DNA of 61,265 nt, filler included, from Sphacelaria rigidula (taxonomy: Eukaryota): assembly GCA_964200075.2 (NCBI GenBank). It is 9 parts of 9 records of this genome, joined end to end, with 100 filler letters (N's around TTAATTAATTAA, not from the genome) between each part and the next. Parts side by side here need not be neighbours in the genome. Positions count along the whole stretch, not along the records: positions 54,549 to 61,265 come from CAXNAA020018443.1; 8 more parts are not named here. One strand, 5' to 3'. Shown one piece after another: positions 58,807 through 61,265 of this stretch. Below the pieces are notes generated by a model. That model did not search any database and had not been told where the DNA came from. It saw nothing but the letters and a program-made list of their open reading frames with translations. Made by a program: the position numbers and the translations under genes. Each line of letters begins with the position of its first letter. Positions within the stretch are counted from its first letter, which is position 1.

Positions 58807-61265
58807 AACTGCTTTTTTGGTCCTTTTGCGTATCTGTACGTCCTGAAAGAGGGCTAGGCGGATGTTGACACCTTGGGATACTTGCCCTACTCGTTGAGGG
58901 CCCTCCTCGTCGAAGTTATTTTTTTCTTCTTTCAAAATCCCCTTTTTTGAAATACGTCTGCTGGTTGGTCGCTGCGATACCACCCCCCAAAAGACGTGCC
59001 CGAAAACCCCCTTTTGAACAGAGATTTTCCGGACGCCTCGAAGGGGAAGATACATAACCCGTTGACAGGGGCACACGCCAAGGCTTAACACACAACCCAA
59101 CACAAATCAGAGCAAACGAAGAGCACACAGCTCGGGCCGTAGCTGCTCTTCAGCTGAGCACGTTGTGCGTGACCTTGCTCAAATCTGTTAGAATTCGTTG
59201 AGAAATGATGATTTATGTGAGATGCGCCCACAGCACACGCTCACAAACGGTCACGAACGACGCATTTTCGGCTGTTTTTCACACGCACGCGGCCGCCATT
59301 CGTCCAATATCGAATGAATTTCTGTCAAACAAAGACTGCCGTGTGTAGATTAGCAAGGGCTAGCGATGGTACCAATGCGCGTGAGTGATGGGTGTCTGTG
59401 TGTGCTTTGTCGGGGCTGGGTATGTAGGTGTTGTGTTGGCTTGTTGCGTCTTGTGCGTAGCATTACAGAGACCTTGGACTAACGACCACTTCCAGACCCG
59501 CCGCATTTCTAAACCTGCATGCAGATCTAGGGCTCGATCTGCACAAAACTGCCTCTCGACTGGACTCAAACCTGGTCGTTGTGGAGGTAATTCCTGAGGC
59601 GATTTCGAAAAAGGAGAAAATCCCCTTCAATAAGAAGGGCCCTGAGACCGTTTCAGGACACCTTCACGTCTTCCGGTGGCATGACCTTTTTGTTGGCCAA
59701 ACGTTCATTTCCAGCAATGGAAGGTCAAGTTATCAGAAACTGCGAAAAAACTGCCTGTCACTGCGGCCAGTACCTGTTTCTACTTCCGCGAAATACATGC
59801 TGCGCTCCACCATAACGTGTACTTTTCAAAAGCATATTTCGTACGTCCTTGGCCAACAAACAAAATCGGCTTTGTTTTTTTTATCGTTTTTTTTATCGTC
59901 TCTTTTATCGTTTCTTTTAAATCGTTTTTTTCTCACGTTTTATTTCACGTATTTTTGTTCTGTTTTCATAATAAATGTTTTAATACACGAGATGAAAAGG
60001 CCGTTCAATAGATACGAGAAACGTTTGCGGGGCTAGAAATAATAATTACCTGTCGCCAAATGTACCCAACAAATGGGGTACCCAGCAATCCCGTTTAGTG
60101 GCAGAAATCACGGCGTTTTTGATGCACGCTCAGTTTCATTTCTTATTTCCGGTGGTTCGACGCCTCATGGGTGAAAACTTATGACACTTTTTAGAATAGT
60201 CCCCCCCCAAAAGTGCCTGGTTTGGGGAGGCAAAATCTTCACGTAAATTAAAATGGAAAAAGCCGAGCACAGCAAGCAGCTGGGAATTCCCACGCTTGGG
60301 TTCGTTCTCGTCATTGTCGCCCATATGAGTGGCTTCATGCAGCCTGAACCCAAACATCAGGCGCTGTATGACCATTTTTCGTGACACGTTTGGGCTGGCT
60401 TTGGGGGGTAGCTACAGGCTGGTTCACGGGAAAAAAACCCCAAATACACTCATCGGCAAAACTTCACGCCGTTTTAGGGAGTTAGACCCTGAAAAATTGC
60501 ACAGGTGCTCTACGGGTCATTACGCAACCTGTGCAAGGACGAGGTTTTTTTTACTTGTTGACTTTTTCACCGTTTTTCCGGGGTCCCAGTTTTGTCGGGA
60601 AAACTTTGATCCACTCGGACCCCCGTCAAACGGTAAAAAAAAACCTCGTCCTTGAAACGTTGCGTAATGACCCATGGCACAGTTGTGCACATTTTCAGGG
60701 TCTAACTCCTTTAACGGCGTGAAGTTTTTCGCGTTTGTGCGATGAACCTTGCCGTGCCACGGTGAAACGGCAAACTACTAGATTTTGGTATGAAAATGGC
60801 GTTTCAGGGCCTTTTTCGGCGTGAACATGAAAATTCAAGCACCAGGTAATCGATGTTGGCCACGAAATTCTGTGGGATTCTTCCTTGGGTGTGCGGCGAC
60901 AGAGCGTTCGCGAAAAAAATGAAAAAAAAGACTTTCGTGCCGGTTTTCCGGGGTCCCAAAATGGAGGACCTCGAAAAAACGACTTGGATCCCGTCGGACC
61001 CCCGAAAAACGGTAATCAATTCAAGAAATAGAAAAACCTCGTTGATCGAAACTTGTGTGATGATTCATAGCACATTTGTGCAAAGTTTCATGGTCTAACT
61101 CCTCAGAAATGCGTCAAGATTGCGCGTATGTGCGAGGATGTGAGCTTAAAAAGTGCAAACTCCTAACTACTTGGTTTGAGTATGCAAACATCTCTTAGGA
61201 TGAATTTATAGCCTCTGCCAGACGATCTGGACAAGAGGGCTATTCAGTGAGGGACTTCTCCAGAA

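Overview
Eukaryotic, repeat-rich DNA, most likely from a brown alga. This is inferred from an EsV-1-7 repeat gene, the 5S rRNA sequence type, and short exons in kb-long GT-AG introns. The window is not one locus. It is nine size-sorted contigs of 6719-6717 bp (1-6719, 6820-13538, 13639-20357, 20458-27176, 27277-33995, 34096-40813, 40914-47631, 47732-54448, 54549-61265) joined by identical 100-bp N44-TTAATTAATTAA-N44 linkers, so nothing can be inferred across the linkers. Host genes: an intact intronless EsV-1-7 Cys/His-repeat gene, four exons of a canonical poly(A) polymerase, four exons of an uncharacterised membrane protein, two exons of a VHS-domain protein, one Cys-rich terminal exon, and two 5S rRNA copies (one partial, one divergent). 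Mobile DNA: a decayed Copia pol, a decayed Helitron Rep/PIF1 helicase, a hAT transposase fragment, LINE fragments, a tRNA-derived SINE family and several MITEs, one of them nested. The most striking signal is a non-LTR retrotransposon family whose 3' end terminates in oligo(C). It inserts at G/C homopolymer runs with target-site duplications, and one 16-nt insertion has its empty site visible in a neighbouring duplicate.
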